Below, piece by piece: positions 17,795 to 26,573 of a DNA stretch of 64,000 nt. The number at the start of each line of letters is the position of its first letter. Position 1 is the stretch's first letter. The stretch covers positions 1 through 64,000 of the IMG/VR virus record IMGVR_UViG_3300025785_001261. One strand, 5' to 3'. Below the pieces are notes generated by a model. The model had not been told where the DNA came from. It worked only from the letters and a program-made list of their open reading frames with translations, and made no database searches. Source of the stretch: a virus. Both the position numbers and the translations under genes were made by a program.

Positions 17795-17799
17795 ACAAG

Positions 17800-17874
17800 G
17801 CCCCTGTAGCTCAGCGGCAGAGCAACTGCTTTGTAAGCAGAAGGTCCGCGGTTCAATCCCGTGCGGGGGCACCA
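17800..17874 (+). tRNA. tRNA-Thr (TGT)
   Basis: GCCCCTG/CGGGGGC acceptor, loop TTTGTAA, ACCA end. Confidence 0.92.
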
Positions 17875-17889
17875 CATAAAGGAAAACAC

Positions 17890-18105
17890 ATGCTAATAAA
17901 ACTAACATCAGCTAGCGATAATCTACTGGGACAGACCATTGGTCTCAATCCTGAATTTGTAGTTTCTGTGCTGGACGGCGAAGTACTGAACGAGAAAAGC
18001 GAAAAGGTCACCAGGACCTTTGTATTTTGTCCGCCGCACGGTACCTGGGAAGTGCAGGAAACAGTGGACGAAGTCATAGACATGATCAACAAAGGAACAG
18101 TATGA
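17890..18105 (+). CDS. FlbD-like small protein
   Basis: MLIKLT...I.LNPE.V.SV...V.ETVDEVI pattern. Confidence 0.55.
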   Translation: MLIKLTSASDNLLGQTIGLNPEFVVSVLDGEVLNEKSEKVTRTFVFCPPHGTWEVQETVDEVIDMINKGTV

Positions 18106-18266
18106 GCAAACTAAGCGACACACTAAAACGAGCACTAGAAAAGAAACAGGGGATCCATCATCCAGAATCTAGTGATACTCCTGCACCTGAAAAGACTGTC
18201 AAAAAGGCCGCCACTCCAGTGATTGGCAAAAAGCCACCTACTCGCAGCGCCGGGCGCGGACGATAA
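18102..18266 (+). CDS. small basic hypothetical protein
   Basis: MSKLSDTLKRALEKKQ...RSAGRGR; start reassigned (ATGA overlap). Confidence 0.6.
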   Translation: MSKLSDTLKRALEKKQGIHHPESSDTPAPEKTVKKAATPVIGKKPPTRSAGRGR

Positions 18267-18267
18267 C

Positions 18268-18504
18268 ATGTTTCGATTCCACGAAAAAATATCGCGCACA
18301 GGTTTAAAAATGTTGACCTGGCGAGTGATCATGATCATACAGTATTTCTTTATTGGATACTACACCACCGGCAGTGCCAAATTTGGTGCCGGTCTAGCTG
18401 GATTCACCACTGTGGTCAACAGCACCGCATACTTCCTACACGAGCGGGCATGGAATCGAAGCAATTGGGGGAAATTAGGAACTAAATTGTCTACTTTGAA
18501 ATAA
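18268..18504 (+). CDS. DUF2061-like membrane protein
   Basis: RT.LK.LTWR...YFLHERAWNR..WG. Confidence 0.75.
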   Translation: MFRFHEKISRTGLKMLTWRVIMIIQYFFIGYYTTGSAKFGAGLAGFTTVVNSTAYFLHERAWNRSNWGKLGTKLSTLK

Positions 18505-19033
18505 GGTATCCAGCATTGGCAATATAATGATCGACCCCATCAGAACCTGGACGTAAAACTGGTGTGCTAAGTCCTTTATCCACTATTATGTATTTAGATA
18601 AAAAGTCATCATATAATTTATAGGGAATATTGTCAATATCGTAAAGTAGTATTTCAATCAGTAAATATTTTAATGTGTAGTTATACATATCTTCAAACAC
18701 TAACTGTTTGAATTTGGGTTCAACCGAACGCATTACACGATGTGATATTACTAAATCAAATTGAGTAGACGGTCTGGAAGCATGCTCCGAAACAAATGGA
18801 TCAAATTTAGTAAATTGAATGTTTGGAAATAATTTTTCTAATTTATCAATTGCTAGCCCGTTACCACTTCCATAGTCTAATACAGTTTTTGGGTTTAAAG
18901 TTAATAATAGATGTTCTACCGGAGTCTGCTTACTCAATTGAAAAAAATATTGATCGCGCTTGCCATACCAAGAGGTTGTTTCATACAACTGTTGAATTTT
19001 TTTCTTGTGTGCTTCTGTGTATAAGGTCAGCAT
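18491..19033 (-). CDS. class I SAM-dependent methyltransferase
   Basis: TVLDYGSGNG, FDPF, FDLVIS; TATAAATA upstream (19043-50). Confidence 0.75.
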   Translation of the reverse strand: MLTLYTEAHKKKIQQLYETTSWYGKRDQYFFQLSKQTPVEHLLLTLNPKTVLDYGSGNGLAIDKLEKLFPNIQFTKFDPFVSEHASRPSTQFDLVISHRVMRSVEPKFKQLVFEDMYNYTLKYLLIEILLYDIDNIPYKLYDDFLSKYIIVDKGLSTPVLRPGSDGVDHYIANAGYLISK

Positions 19034-19077
19034 GGTGATTACTATTTATAGACTGTAAATTTATTGGATACTAAACT

Positions 19078-20220
19078 ATGAACCAAGATAAACTTGGATG
19101 TTACCGTGTTGGTGAATTGAAATTTTATAGCAAACTAGAAGCCATAGAGATGCATATCAAAACAGGTATTCATCCTCATTGGGATTTTAACGAAGCTGTG
19201 TATGGATCATATGATTGGACTGTTGAACCAGATATTTCCATCACCGAACTTTATAAACAACGAGCACAACAAATTCGCGATACCTATGATTATGTTGTCT
19301 TGATGTATAGCGGTGGCGCCGATAGTTTTAACGTGCTTAACAGTTTTTTATCTAACGATATTAAAATAGACGAAATCGCATCTTTCACTAATTACAAAGC
19401 CACTGGCGACCGTGAAAGTTACCTTAACGCAGAAATTTTTCGTGTTTCTATTCCCTTGGTAGAAGAATTAAAAAATAAATTTACGTGGCTAAAACACAGG
19501 GTATTAGATTTAACTCAAATGACCATTGATTTTTTTGGCCAAGAACAAAATAAATTTAACTGGATTTATGAATTAAATTTTATGTTTAATCCTAATGCTG
19601 CAAGTCGAGAAAGTCTTCCGTTAAAGGTTAAAGAATGGGCAGATATTATTAATTCTGGAAAAAAGTTTTGTATCGTGTGGGGTCACGACAAGCCCAGATT
19701 GAGTTATCAAAACGGAAAGTTTATATTTAGATTTATTGATACCATAGACAATGCCTGCACTGTTAAAAGTATTTCTGGACAACAACCATACACCGATGAA
19801 CTGTTTTACTGGTCTCCTAGTTGCCCCAAAATTGTTATCAAGCAGGCGCATCTTATTAAAAACTATCTTAATTCTGGCAATGTATCCAAGTTACCATTTG
19901 TTAGTACGGAAAAAAGCGACCTAGCATTTAAAACAGTCAATGGTGTGAAGTACTGGCTTAGCAACCACGGAGTCCATAGTTTGATTTACCCAGGGTGGGA
20001 TATTAACACTTTTAGTCTCGGTAAACCATCAAGTGGGATCATTACTCCTCGAGACTCCTGGTTTTTTAGTATAGACAATCATCATACTATCAAATACAAT
20101 TACCAAGTTGGAATAGAAAAACTATGGCAACTTGTTCCTGACTACTGGAAAAACAACCCTTCTGATCTAAGTAAAGGTTTTAAAGGCTGTTGGAGTCGAG
20201 ATTACTATTTAGATCACTAG
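19078..20220 (+). CDS. PP-loop (adenine nucleotide alpha-hydrolase) protein
   Basis: RAQQIRDTYDYVVLMYSGGADS, G.DKP, E.FYWSP. Confidence 0.7.
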   Translation: MNQDKLGCYRVGELKFYSKLEAIEMHIKTGIHPHWDFNEAVYGSYDWTVEPDISITELYKQRAQQIRDTYDYVVLMYSGGADSFNVLNSFLSNDIKIDEIASFTNYKATGDRESYLNAEIFRVSIPLVEELKNKFTWLKHRVLDLTQMTIDFFGQEQNKFNWIYELNFMFNPNAASRESLPLKVKEWADIINSGKKFCIVWGHDKPRLSYQNGKFIFRFIDTIDNACTVKSISGQQPYTDELFYWSPSCPKIVIKQAHLIKNYLNSGNVSKLPFVSTEKSDLAFKTVNGVKYWLSNHGVHSLIYPGWDINTFSLGKPSSGIITPRDSWFFSIDNHHTIKYNYQVGIEKLWQLVPDYWKNNPSDLSKGFKGCWSRDYYLDH

Positions 20221-20221
20221 G

Positions 20222-20326
20222 TTGACCAAAAACTCCTAATCTACTATAATACTTGTAAAGCATCAAAAACTGTTAATACATACCACAAAGATAGTAGTTG
20301 ACTAATAATTCTATTTTAAGTATAAT
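20222..20326 (+). promoter_or_regulatory. two tandem sigma70 promoters upstream of the AAA+ ATPase
   Basis: TTGACC-17-TATAAT (20222-50) and TTGACT-17-TATAAT (20298-326). Confidence 0.8.
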
Positions 20327-20372
20327 GTAGTTTAGAAGTTAATTTTAATCGTTATTTTAAGGACACAGCCCT

Positions 20373-21458
20373 ATGTCAGAAACTCGTACAGTCACTAGTG
20401 TGCAGGCCCGCAAGAGCCTACTAAAAGCATTTAAACGTCAACGCCCGGTATTCCTCTGGGGTCCTCCGGGTATTGGTAAAAGTGAATTGGTAGCTGACAT
20501 CACTGAGGAACTTGGTGGTGCCATGATTGACCTTCGCCTGGGCCAAATGGAGCCCACAGATATTCGCGGCATTCCGTTTTATAACAAGGACAATGGCAAG
20601 ATGGATTGGGCCGCTCCGATCGATCTGCCCACAGAAGAATTTGCCGCCGACTATCCTGTGGTTGTCTTGTTCCTGGATGAGATGAACAGTTCGGCACCAT
20701 CTGTACAAGCAGCGGCCTATCAGCTGATCTTGAATCGCCGTGTGGGCAAATATCACCTGCCCAAAAACGTGGTCTTGGTAGCCGCAGGCAATCGTGAAAG
20801 CGATAAAGGTGTTACATATCGTATGCCTACTCCGCTTGCCAATCGTTTCATCCACCAAGAAATGAAGTGTGATTTTTCATCCTGGCAGGAGTGGGCTGTA
20901 AACAAGAACATCCACAAGGACGTGGTGGGTTACTTGAGTTTTGCCAAGCAGGATCTATATGACTTTGATGCCAAAAGTGCCAGCCGTGCCTTTGCTACAC
21001 CACGTTCATGGACCTTCGTAAGCGAGCTGTTGGAAGATGAAGATGGTGACGATGACACCATCATGAACTTGATCGCAGGTACTGTAGGCGAAGGACTTGC
21101 TGTGAAATTCATGGCACACCGCAAGGTAGCAGGTCGTATGCCCAGGCCCGAAGATATTTTGAGTGGCAAGGAAAAAGAGCTAGAAGTCAAGGAAGTTTCG
21201 GCCATGTACAGCTTGGTAATCAGCATGTGCTACGAGCTCAAGGCTGCCATCGAGAAGAAGGTAGCAGACAAAGAGTTCCATGTCATGGCCGATAACTTCT
21301 TTGCCTACATGATGAAGAACTTTGAAACTGAGCTGGTTGTGATGGGTGCCCGTATTGCACTGACCACCTACAACTTACCGTTCCAGCCGACCAAGCTGAA
21401 GAACTTTGACGAGTTCCACAATCGTTACGGCAAGTATATCTTGCAAGCGTCAAACTAA
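20373..21458 (+). CDS. MoxR/dynein-related AAA+ ATPase
   Basis: Walker A GPPGIGKS, Walker B LFLDEMN, AAGNR, PLANRF, TPRSW. Confidence 0.92.
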   Translation: MSETRTVTSVQARKSLLKAFKRQRPVFLWGPPGIGKSELVADITEELGGAMIDLRLGQMEPTDIRGIPFYNKDNGKMDWAAPIDLPTEEFAADYPVVVLFLDEMNSSAPSVQAAAYQLILNRRVGKYHLPKNVVLVAAGNRESDKGVTYRMPTPLANRFIHQEMKCDFSSWQEWAVNKNIHKDVVGYLSFAKQDLYDFDAKSASRAFATPRSWTFVSELLEDEDGDDDTIMNLIAGTVGEGLAVKFMAHRKVAGRMPRPEDILSGKEKELEVKEVSAMYSLVISMCYELKAAIEKKVADKEFHVMADNFFAYMMKNFETELVVMGARIALTTYNLPFQPTKLKNFDEFHNRYGKYILQASN

Positions 21459-21523
21459 GGTCATCAGGAGGGCAGTGTGGATTTTACACAGGGCTGTGCT
21501 TGCACCGCCCTCCTACCTTTTAT

Positions 21524-21781
21524 ATGAATTATAGCATACACGACGCTCAACCAAACAAATATTTTAAGTATATTGTGAGTGTGCAATACATGTTGGATTT
21601 CCATCGAGCAAGACAATGGATGAGTGAGACTTATGGATTCAGCGAAGACATTGACCTGGACCAGCCAGCCACTAACCCGCACTGGGCATTCTTTTTGAAG
21701 TTCAGCACACACAAGATTTATCTACGTGGTGATGAGGAATTAAACTGGTTCCAGTTACGTTATGGAGCATCCATTGATTAG
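21524..21781 (+). CDS. small FxLxW-motif paralogue 1
   Basis: C-terminus IYLRGDEELNWFQLRYG. Confidence 0.7.
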   Translation: MNYSIHDAQPNKYFKYIVSVQYMLDFHRARQWMSETYGFSEDIDLDQPATNPHWAFFLKFSTHKIYLRGDEELNWFQLRYGASID

Positions 21782-21980
21782 TAATAGATTTGTACCCAGC
21801 ACCATGAATTTTAGTCCCAGTTTGATGATCAATGACTGGACCTGGTGGGAAGCCAACGAACGTGAAATCTACAACTGGATGGCCGAACGCTTGCCCAGGG
21901 GTATTGAACACCAGCAGGGCATAGTCTTATCATTTGACAACGAGCAACAACGCATGATGTTTCTGTTGAAGTGGGCATGA
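21762..21980 (+). CDS. small FxLxW-motif paralogue 2
   Basis: C-terminus LSFDNEQQRMMFLLKWA. Confidence 0.7.
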   Translation: MEHPLISNRFVPSTMNFSPSLMINDWTWWEANEREIYNWMAERLPRGIEHQQGIVLSFDNEQQRMMFLLKWA

Positions 21981-22198
21981 TCAGAGTCAGCACCGCAGAC
22001 GAAGCATTTAACGAAGCATGGTGTCGTGCCTACCGTGCCTTGCCAGTTGAACCGTTAGAACGGCCTAGACAATATGGTCAGCGTTGGCGCAAAGCCTATC
22101 GTTGCAGGGTCGAGCCCGATGCCAGTGCCTGGCCTCATAACTATTACATTTTTGACCGTGATGAAGACTACACCTGGTTCATGTTGAAGTGGGGTTAA
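21977..22198 (+). CDS. small FxLxW-motif paralogue 3
   Basis: C-terminus YIFDRDEDYTWFMLKWG. Confidence 0.7.
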   Translation: MIRVSTADEAFNEAWCRAYRALPVEPLERPRQYGQRWRKAYRCRVEPDASAWPHNYYIFDRDEDYTWFMLKWG

Positions 22199-22426
22199 AT
22201 GTCCATAGATCGTAATCCCGAGTTGACTGTTCCAGTCCGAACCTACAGTCACTATGCCGAGTGTGAGCCTTGGTGCATGTGCAATATAGGCGACTGGAAC
22301 AGGGCCTGGTGGCGTGACTTTCCAGATCTGGCCATGAGTGTGGCCCTGGGCCAGGTGCCACAGCCCGAAACCTATTGGTTTGCTACCGAACAGGATGCGC
22401 TCATGTTTCGTTTGAGGTTTGCATGA
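22199..22426 (+). CDS. small FxLxW-motif paralogue 4
   Basis: C-terminus YWFATEQDALMFRLRFA. Confidence 0.7.
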   Translation: MSIDRNPELTVPVRTYSHYAECEPWCMCNIGDWNRAWWRDFPDLAMSVALGQVPQPETYWFATEQDALMFRLRFA

Positions 22427-22656
22427 TACAGTTCAAGGCCTGGCCGCCACCTACCTGGACTGAATGCGTAGTGCCTTGGGACTGGATCCTGGGAAATAAA
22501 CACTTGCATCCAGATGCTCTATATGAATGGTGTGATAAGTACACAAGTTCAGCACGTTATCATGTACATGGATGGCGTAGCACTGAAGGATTTGCATTCC
22601 GTTTTGAAGATCCTCGAGACGCTACTGTTTTCAAATTGACCTGGGCCTGTTTATGA
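22423..22656 (+). CDS. small FxLxW-motif paralogue 5
   Basis: C-terminus FRFEDPRDATVFKLTWA; start reassigned to MIQFK. Confidence 0.7.
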   Translation: MIQFKAWPPPTWTECVVPWDWILGNKHLHPDALYEWCDKYTSSARYHVHGWRSTEGFAFRFEDPRDATVFKLTWACL

Positions 22657-22925
22657 ACTACTACTACGAACTAGACGAACGAACCGAAAAGGCCTTTAAC
22701 GAGAACTGGCGCTACTGGTGCTTGTTTAACTGTAGCCCGGCTGACCAAGGTCACATGCCGTTCCATATACATGATGAATTCTTGGCCAATTCCAAGCGGG
22801 CCTGGTTGGAAAATGCCAATGGTGTGTACCAAGTACACCCGGCCTGGCATGGACATAGACCTGTAAATCCACATGAGTTTACCCTGATCAAATTGAAATC
22901 AAAGACCATCCGGTATGAAAAATGA
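22653..22925 (+). CDS. small protein, divergent array member 6
   Basis: C-terminus VNPHEFTLIKLKSK. Confidence 0.6.
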   Translation: MNYYYELDERTEKAFNENWRYWCLFNCSPADQGHMPFHIHDEFLANSKRAWLENANGVYQVHPAWHGHRPVNPHEFTLIKLKSKTIRYEK

Positions 22926-23187
22926 ATACTATAAAGACTCCGCGGCCCGCCTGGACACTATCATAGGCGGTGATACCCAGCACTTTTTACGCCTGCAACG
23001 GGTCAAGAATGAGTGGGACGACCTGGCACGTGAAGTGCCCATTGGACAAGGATTCCTGACCTTTGACGACTATGTGCGCGAATACTACGGAGTCAAGTTG
23101 CAGTATGATGGTGACAATGTTAGCCTGGCCTATTCGGTAGTGGATGAAAAAAAGCATCTCATGTTCTTGTTAAAATTCAACCTGTGA
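22915..23187 (+). CDS. small FxLxW-motif paralogue 7
   Basis: C-terminus YSVVDEKKHLMFLLKF. Confidence 0.7.
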   Translation: MKNEYYKDSAARLDTIIGGDTQHFLRLQRVKNEWDDLAREVPIGQGFLTFDDYVREYYGVKLQYDGDNVSLAYSVVDEKKHLMFLLKFNL

Positions 23188-23486
23188 AGGTCACGGTCAA
23201 ACACAACTTGATTGTATTTCACAACCCATATGAATGGTATCCGTTGGCCGAGCGTCTGAGGAACGAATATGGGCAGAGTATCATGTTGATTTCGGCCCGT
23301 TGCCGTCGAGAACTGGGATTTACTGTGCGTTATCATAAGGGCTTGGCCGAACATGACAAAGACACATGGGAAGTGATGAAAAGCGAAGGATTCCACAATC
23401 GTTACCATTATGAGGATCAAGTACACCTAGACTTCTATAATCAAGCTCAAATGAGCTGGTTCGTGCTTAAATACCTAAATAACTAA
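23184..23486 (+). CDS. small FxLxW-motif paralogue 8
   Basis: C-terminus LDFYNQAQMSWFVLKY. Confidence 0.7.
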   Translation: MKVTVKHNLIVFHNPYEWYPLAERLRNEYGQSIMLISARCRRELGFTVRYHKGLAEHDKDTWEVMKSEGFHNRYHYEDQVHLDFYNQAQMSWFVLKYLNN

Positions 23487-23490
23487 GCGG

Positions 23491-23519
23491 TTGACCAATA
23501 ATGCCATTTCATGTATAAT
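23491..23519 (+). promoter_or_regulatory. sigma70 promoter
   Basis: TTGACC-17 nt-TATAAT. Confidence 0.8.
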
Positions 23520-23547
23520 AGTAGTATAGTTAATAATAAGGACAGGT

Positions 23548-24837
23548 ATGAGCACAGCCACTACAGCTAATAAAAAAGAGTCGGACAAGTTCAAGAATCT
23601 GTTGGGTCCTACAGATGCCAAACTGGATCGCGAAGTACGTGAGCAGTTGATCACAGCACGTGTGGGCCTCTTGCTCCGTGCACCGTTTTTTGGTAATCTT
23701 TCAACTCGTTTGAAGTTGGTCAATGCGGACGAATGGTGTCCTACTGCCGCCACCGACGGGCGTAATTTTTACTACAATAGTCGCTTCGTGGACATGCTCA
23801 AACCCAAAGAAGTCGAATTCTTGTTTGGACATGAGGTACTTCACTGTGTGTATGATCACTTTGGACGTAGAGGTGATAGAGATCCTCAGCTGTTCAACAT
23901 TGCCAATGACTACTGTGTCAACGGTGACTTGAAAAAACACCGTGTGGGCGAATTTATCACCAGTGTTCCTTGTTTATACGATGCCAAGTACGAAGGCATG
24001 AGCTCAGAAGAGATCTACGACATCCTGTACGAAAATGCTGAAAAGATTGACATGAGTCAGTTGATCGATAAACTGTTGGATGAACACTTGGACGGCGAAG
24101 GCAACGGTGAAGGATCCGGTGAGGAAGGCGATGATGCCAAAAATGGCAAAGGTCGCCCCCGGTACAGCGCCGAAGAAAAACAAAAGATCCGTGACGAAAT
24201 CAAAGAAGCGGTACTGGCAGCAGCTGCCGCTAGTGACGGTGCAGGTAACTTGCCAGCAGGGGTCAAGCGCATCATTGAAGACATGACTGCACCCAAGATG
24301 AACTGGCGTGAGCTATTGCGCATGCAGTTGGAATCCACAATCAAAAGTGACTATACTTGGATGCGCAACAGTCGTAGAGGCTGGCACATGGACGCGGTCA
24401 TGCCGGGCATGAAGCTGGATCCCATGATTGATATTGCCATCAGCATTGATGCTTCTGGATCCATGCAGGATCGAATGCTCAAGGACTTCCTAGCCGAAGT
24501 GGCCGGTATCATGGAACAGTTTCCCAACTATCGTATCCATGTGCTGTCGTTTGATACCGAAGTATATAATCCACAGCAGTTTGACAGTGAGAATCTGGAT
24601 GACATCACTGGCTATGAGATCATGGGCGGCGGAGGTACCGACTTTGATTCGGTATTCAACTACTTCAAAGATAACGAAATTGAACCCAAACGTCATATCA
24701 TGTTTACCGACGGTTATCCCAATGGTTCATGGGGCGATGAGCAGTACTGCGATACTGTGTTTATCATGCATGGAACCACTTCGATCGTTCCACCATTTGG
24801 ACAGTATGCCTACTATGAAGAAGAGAGTCGGCACTGA
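23548..24837 (+). CDS. DUF2201-type metallopeptidase-like (HExxH) + vWA domain protein
   Basis: TAATDG, HEVLH, NIANDY; MIDAS DASGSM, GGGGTDF, FTDGY. Confidence 0.88.
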   Translation: MSTATTANKKESDKFKNLLGPTDAKLDREVREQLITARVGLLLRAPFFGNLSTRLKLVNADEWCPTAATDGRNFYYNSRFVDMLKPKEVEFLFGHEVLHCVYDHFGRRGDRDPQLFNIANDYCVNGDLKKHRVGEFITSVPCLYDAKYEGMSSEEIYDILYENAEKIDMSQLIDKLLDEHLDGEGNGEGSGEEGDDAKNGKGRPRYSAEEKQKIRDEIKEAVLAAAAASDGAGNLPAGVKRIIEDMTAPKMNWRELLRMQLESTIKSDYTWMRNSRRGWHMDAVMPGMKLDPMIDIAISIDASGSMQDRMLKDFLAEVAGIMEQFPNYRIHVLSFDTEVYNPQQFDSENLDDITGYEIMGGGGTDFDSVFNYFKDNEIEPKRHIMFTDGYPNGSWGDEQYCDTVFIMHGTTSIVPPFGQYAYYEEESRH

Positions 24838-24879
24838 TATTGATTCACTGTGCCGGAATAATCTGCCGTATAAATAGCC

Positions 24880-25671
24880 TTGTATACTCTTTCAGGAAAA
24901 TTTATGTCAATAATCGGTGAAAATAATAACGAACTTTTCAAAGATGAAACCATTGGGTTTCAAGATGAAGCAATAAAAACGGCCAAAGGTTATCATTTTG
25001 ATAACAACCAATGGGATCATAGATATGATACAGCAACAGTCTTGGGCCGATTTGAAGGCGATTGGAAAGATGAAGTGGCCGACTTGGTGGCCAAATCAAA
25101 ACCACTGACCTTTCATACAAGAGGCGACGAGGATTATGTAGAATATAATCCACCCAGACCGTTTACAACAAAAAAACAAGGACCATTCAAAGATGCAGAG
25201 TCTGAATGGTTCAAACGGGTAGGATTTGGCGAGGGTTACTACAACTACGATATAATCAATAAGACAAACCCACAAGCTAGTAGCACTGTTCAAAAAATGG
25301 TCGATCGTTTTTGTTTTGAAACTCCTATTGCGTCCACAGTGCATGTGCAACTGACCGGCCAGTGTTTTCCTTGGCACGTAGATATATTCCAACATCGATA
25401 TAATTTTAAAAAAGCTGATCACTCTCGACTCATACGCATACATGTCATGCTGACCGATTGGCAACCTGGTCACTGGTTTGGATACGGTAACTACACCTAT
25501 ACCGGATGGAAAGCCGGCGATTTTCACACGTTCAACGTGGACAATGTACCACACTACACAGCCAATGCATCCTATCATCCACGAGTGAGTCTCATGGTTA
25601 CCGGTGTACGTACAGAGGCCACTGATAAATTTTTGTGGGAAGCCATACAAAACAAAACAGTTAAATTATAA
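24880..25671 (+). CDS. cupin / 2OG-Fe(II) oxygenase-like protein
   Basis: Q.TGQCFPWHVD, DWQPGH, WKAGD, VPHYTAN....R.SL.VTG; TATAAATA at 24869-76 (true start may be ATG 24904). Confidence 0.65.
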   Translation: MYTLSGKFMSIIGENNNELFKDETIGFQDEAIKTAKGYHFDNNQWDHRYDTATVLGRFEGDWKDEVADLVAKSKPLTFHTRGDEDYVEYNPPRPFTTKKQGPFKDAESEWFKRVGFGEGYYNYDIINKTNPQASSTVQKMVDRFCFETPIASTVHVQLTGQCFPWHVDIFQHRYNFKKADHSRLIRIHVMLTDWQPGHWFGYGNYTYTGWKAGDFHTFNVDNVPHYTANASYHPRVSLMVTGVRTEATDKFLWEAIQNKTVKL

Positions 25672-25685
25672 AGAGAAATTATCAC

Positions 25686-25976
25686 ATGAATCATGTAACA
25701 ACCTTAGATCGAGTAGTGGTCATTAGAGACGACAAAGAAACAACAACTTCATCGGGTCTTATTATTCCGGATCTAGATCCCTTGGTACGTACTGATACCG
25801 GATTGGTAGTAGCAGTTGGTCCTGGCAGAACTACCAAGAACAACGTGGTCATAGAGGTGGCAGTGGCAGTGGGTGATCGAGTCATGTTTGATTCTGGTGC
25901 CGGCATCAATGTAAGAACCAATGGCGAAGATCTCGTTGTACTCAAAGAAGACGAAATCATTGGAGTGGTTGAATAA
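25686..25976 (+). CDS. groES: co-chaperonin GroES (Cpn10)
   Basis: DRVVV, TTSSGLIIPD, G.VVAVGPG, V.VGDRV, KEDEIIGVVE. Confidence 0.92.
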   Translation: MNHVTTLDRVVVIRDDKETTTSSGLIIPDLDPLVRTDTGLVVAVGPGRTTKNNVVIEVAVAVGDRVMFDSGAGINVRTNGEDLVVLKEDEIIGVVE

Positions 25977-26101
25977 TGTTGACCTTTGTTACCATTATGG
26001 TGGGGATCTTAAAGATAGCCTGTGCAGTGGCCTTGGTGGCCACAGTGGCTGCCATAGTTGGCATAGCAGTTAGAGAAAATGAAAGGAACAATCATGAATA
26101 A
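25976..26101 (+). CDS. small single-TM protein (41 aa)
   Basis: MLTFVTIMVGILKIACAVALVATVAAIVGIAVRENERNNHE*; TAATG coupling. Confidence 0.5.
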   Translation: MLTFVTIMVGILKIACAVALVATVAAIVGIAVRENERNNHE

Positions 26102-26261
26102 ATTTAGACAGTGGTACTGGCAAAACGCCACAGAAATCACCTGGTTCTTGACCGGTTGGTTGAGCCTGTGCCTGCTAGAGGATCTTGGTCGCAACAATTG
26201 GCTAGGCGTGGTATGGGACACAGCCTTGATAGCTTTGAATTTGGCAGTAAACCGTCGCTGA
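26094..26261 (+). CDS. small membrane protein
   Basis: AAGGA RBS, two hydrophobic segments. Confidence 0.6.
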   Translation: MNKFRQWYWQNATEITWFLTGWLSLCLLEDLGRNNWLGVVWDTALIALNLAVNRR

Positions 26262-26280
26262 TACCAGATCAATTTAGCCA

Positions 26281-26310
26281 AAATACCCCTAAATGGGGTG
26301 TTTTTATTTT
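26281..26310 (+). terminator. intrinsic terminator
   Basis: AAATACCCC-TAAAT-GGGGTGTTT followed by a T-rich run. Confidence 0.7.
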
Positions 26311-26341
26311 GACCGCTCTATAATCACAGTTAAATATCTGC

Positions 26342-26572
26342 ATGGATAATACAACTCAACCCCAATCAATCACAATAGCCGATCTTGATGTCGTCAAGAA
26401 AATTATCGAACTCGCTGCTGCACGTGGAGCATTCCGTGCTGAAGAGATGACCGACGTGGGTGCCATGTACGACAAACTGTCTGCGTTTTTACAAGCAGTG
26501 GTAACACAGGCACAACAAGCAGAAACAACAACTGATACAACAGCGCCAGCTGATCAATCTCAAGGAGAATAA
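26342..26572 (+). CDS. hypothetical phage protein
   Basis: DL..VK.II..A..RGAFRAEEM..VG..YDKL; TAAATA 5 nt upstream. Confidence 0.75.
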   Translation: MDNTTQPQSITIADLDVVKKIIELAAARGAFRAEEMTDVGAMYDKLSAFLQAVVTQAQQAETTTDTTAPADQSQGE

Positions 26573-26573
26573 C

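Noticed and set aside
15219-20220. Calling the PP-loop proteins QueC or TilS
   Set aside because: They have only the generic SGGxDS motif; the QueC zinc-binding Cys motif and TilS-specific motifs are not evident.
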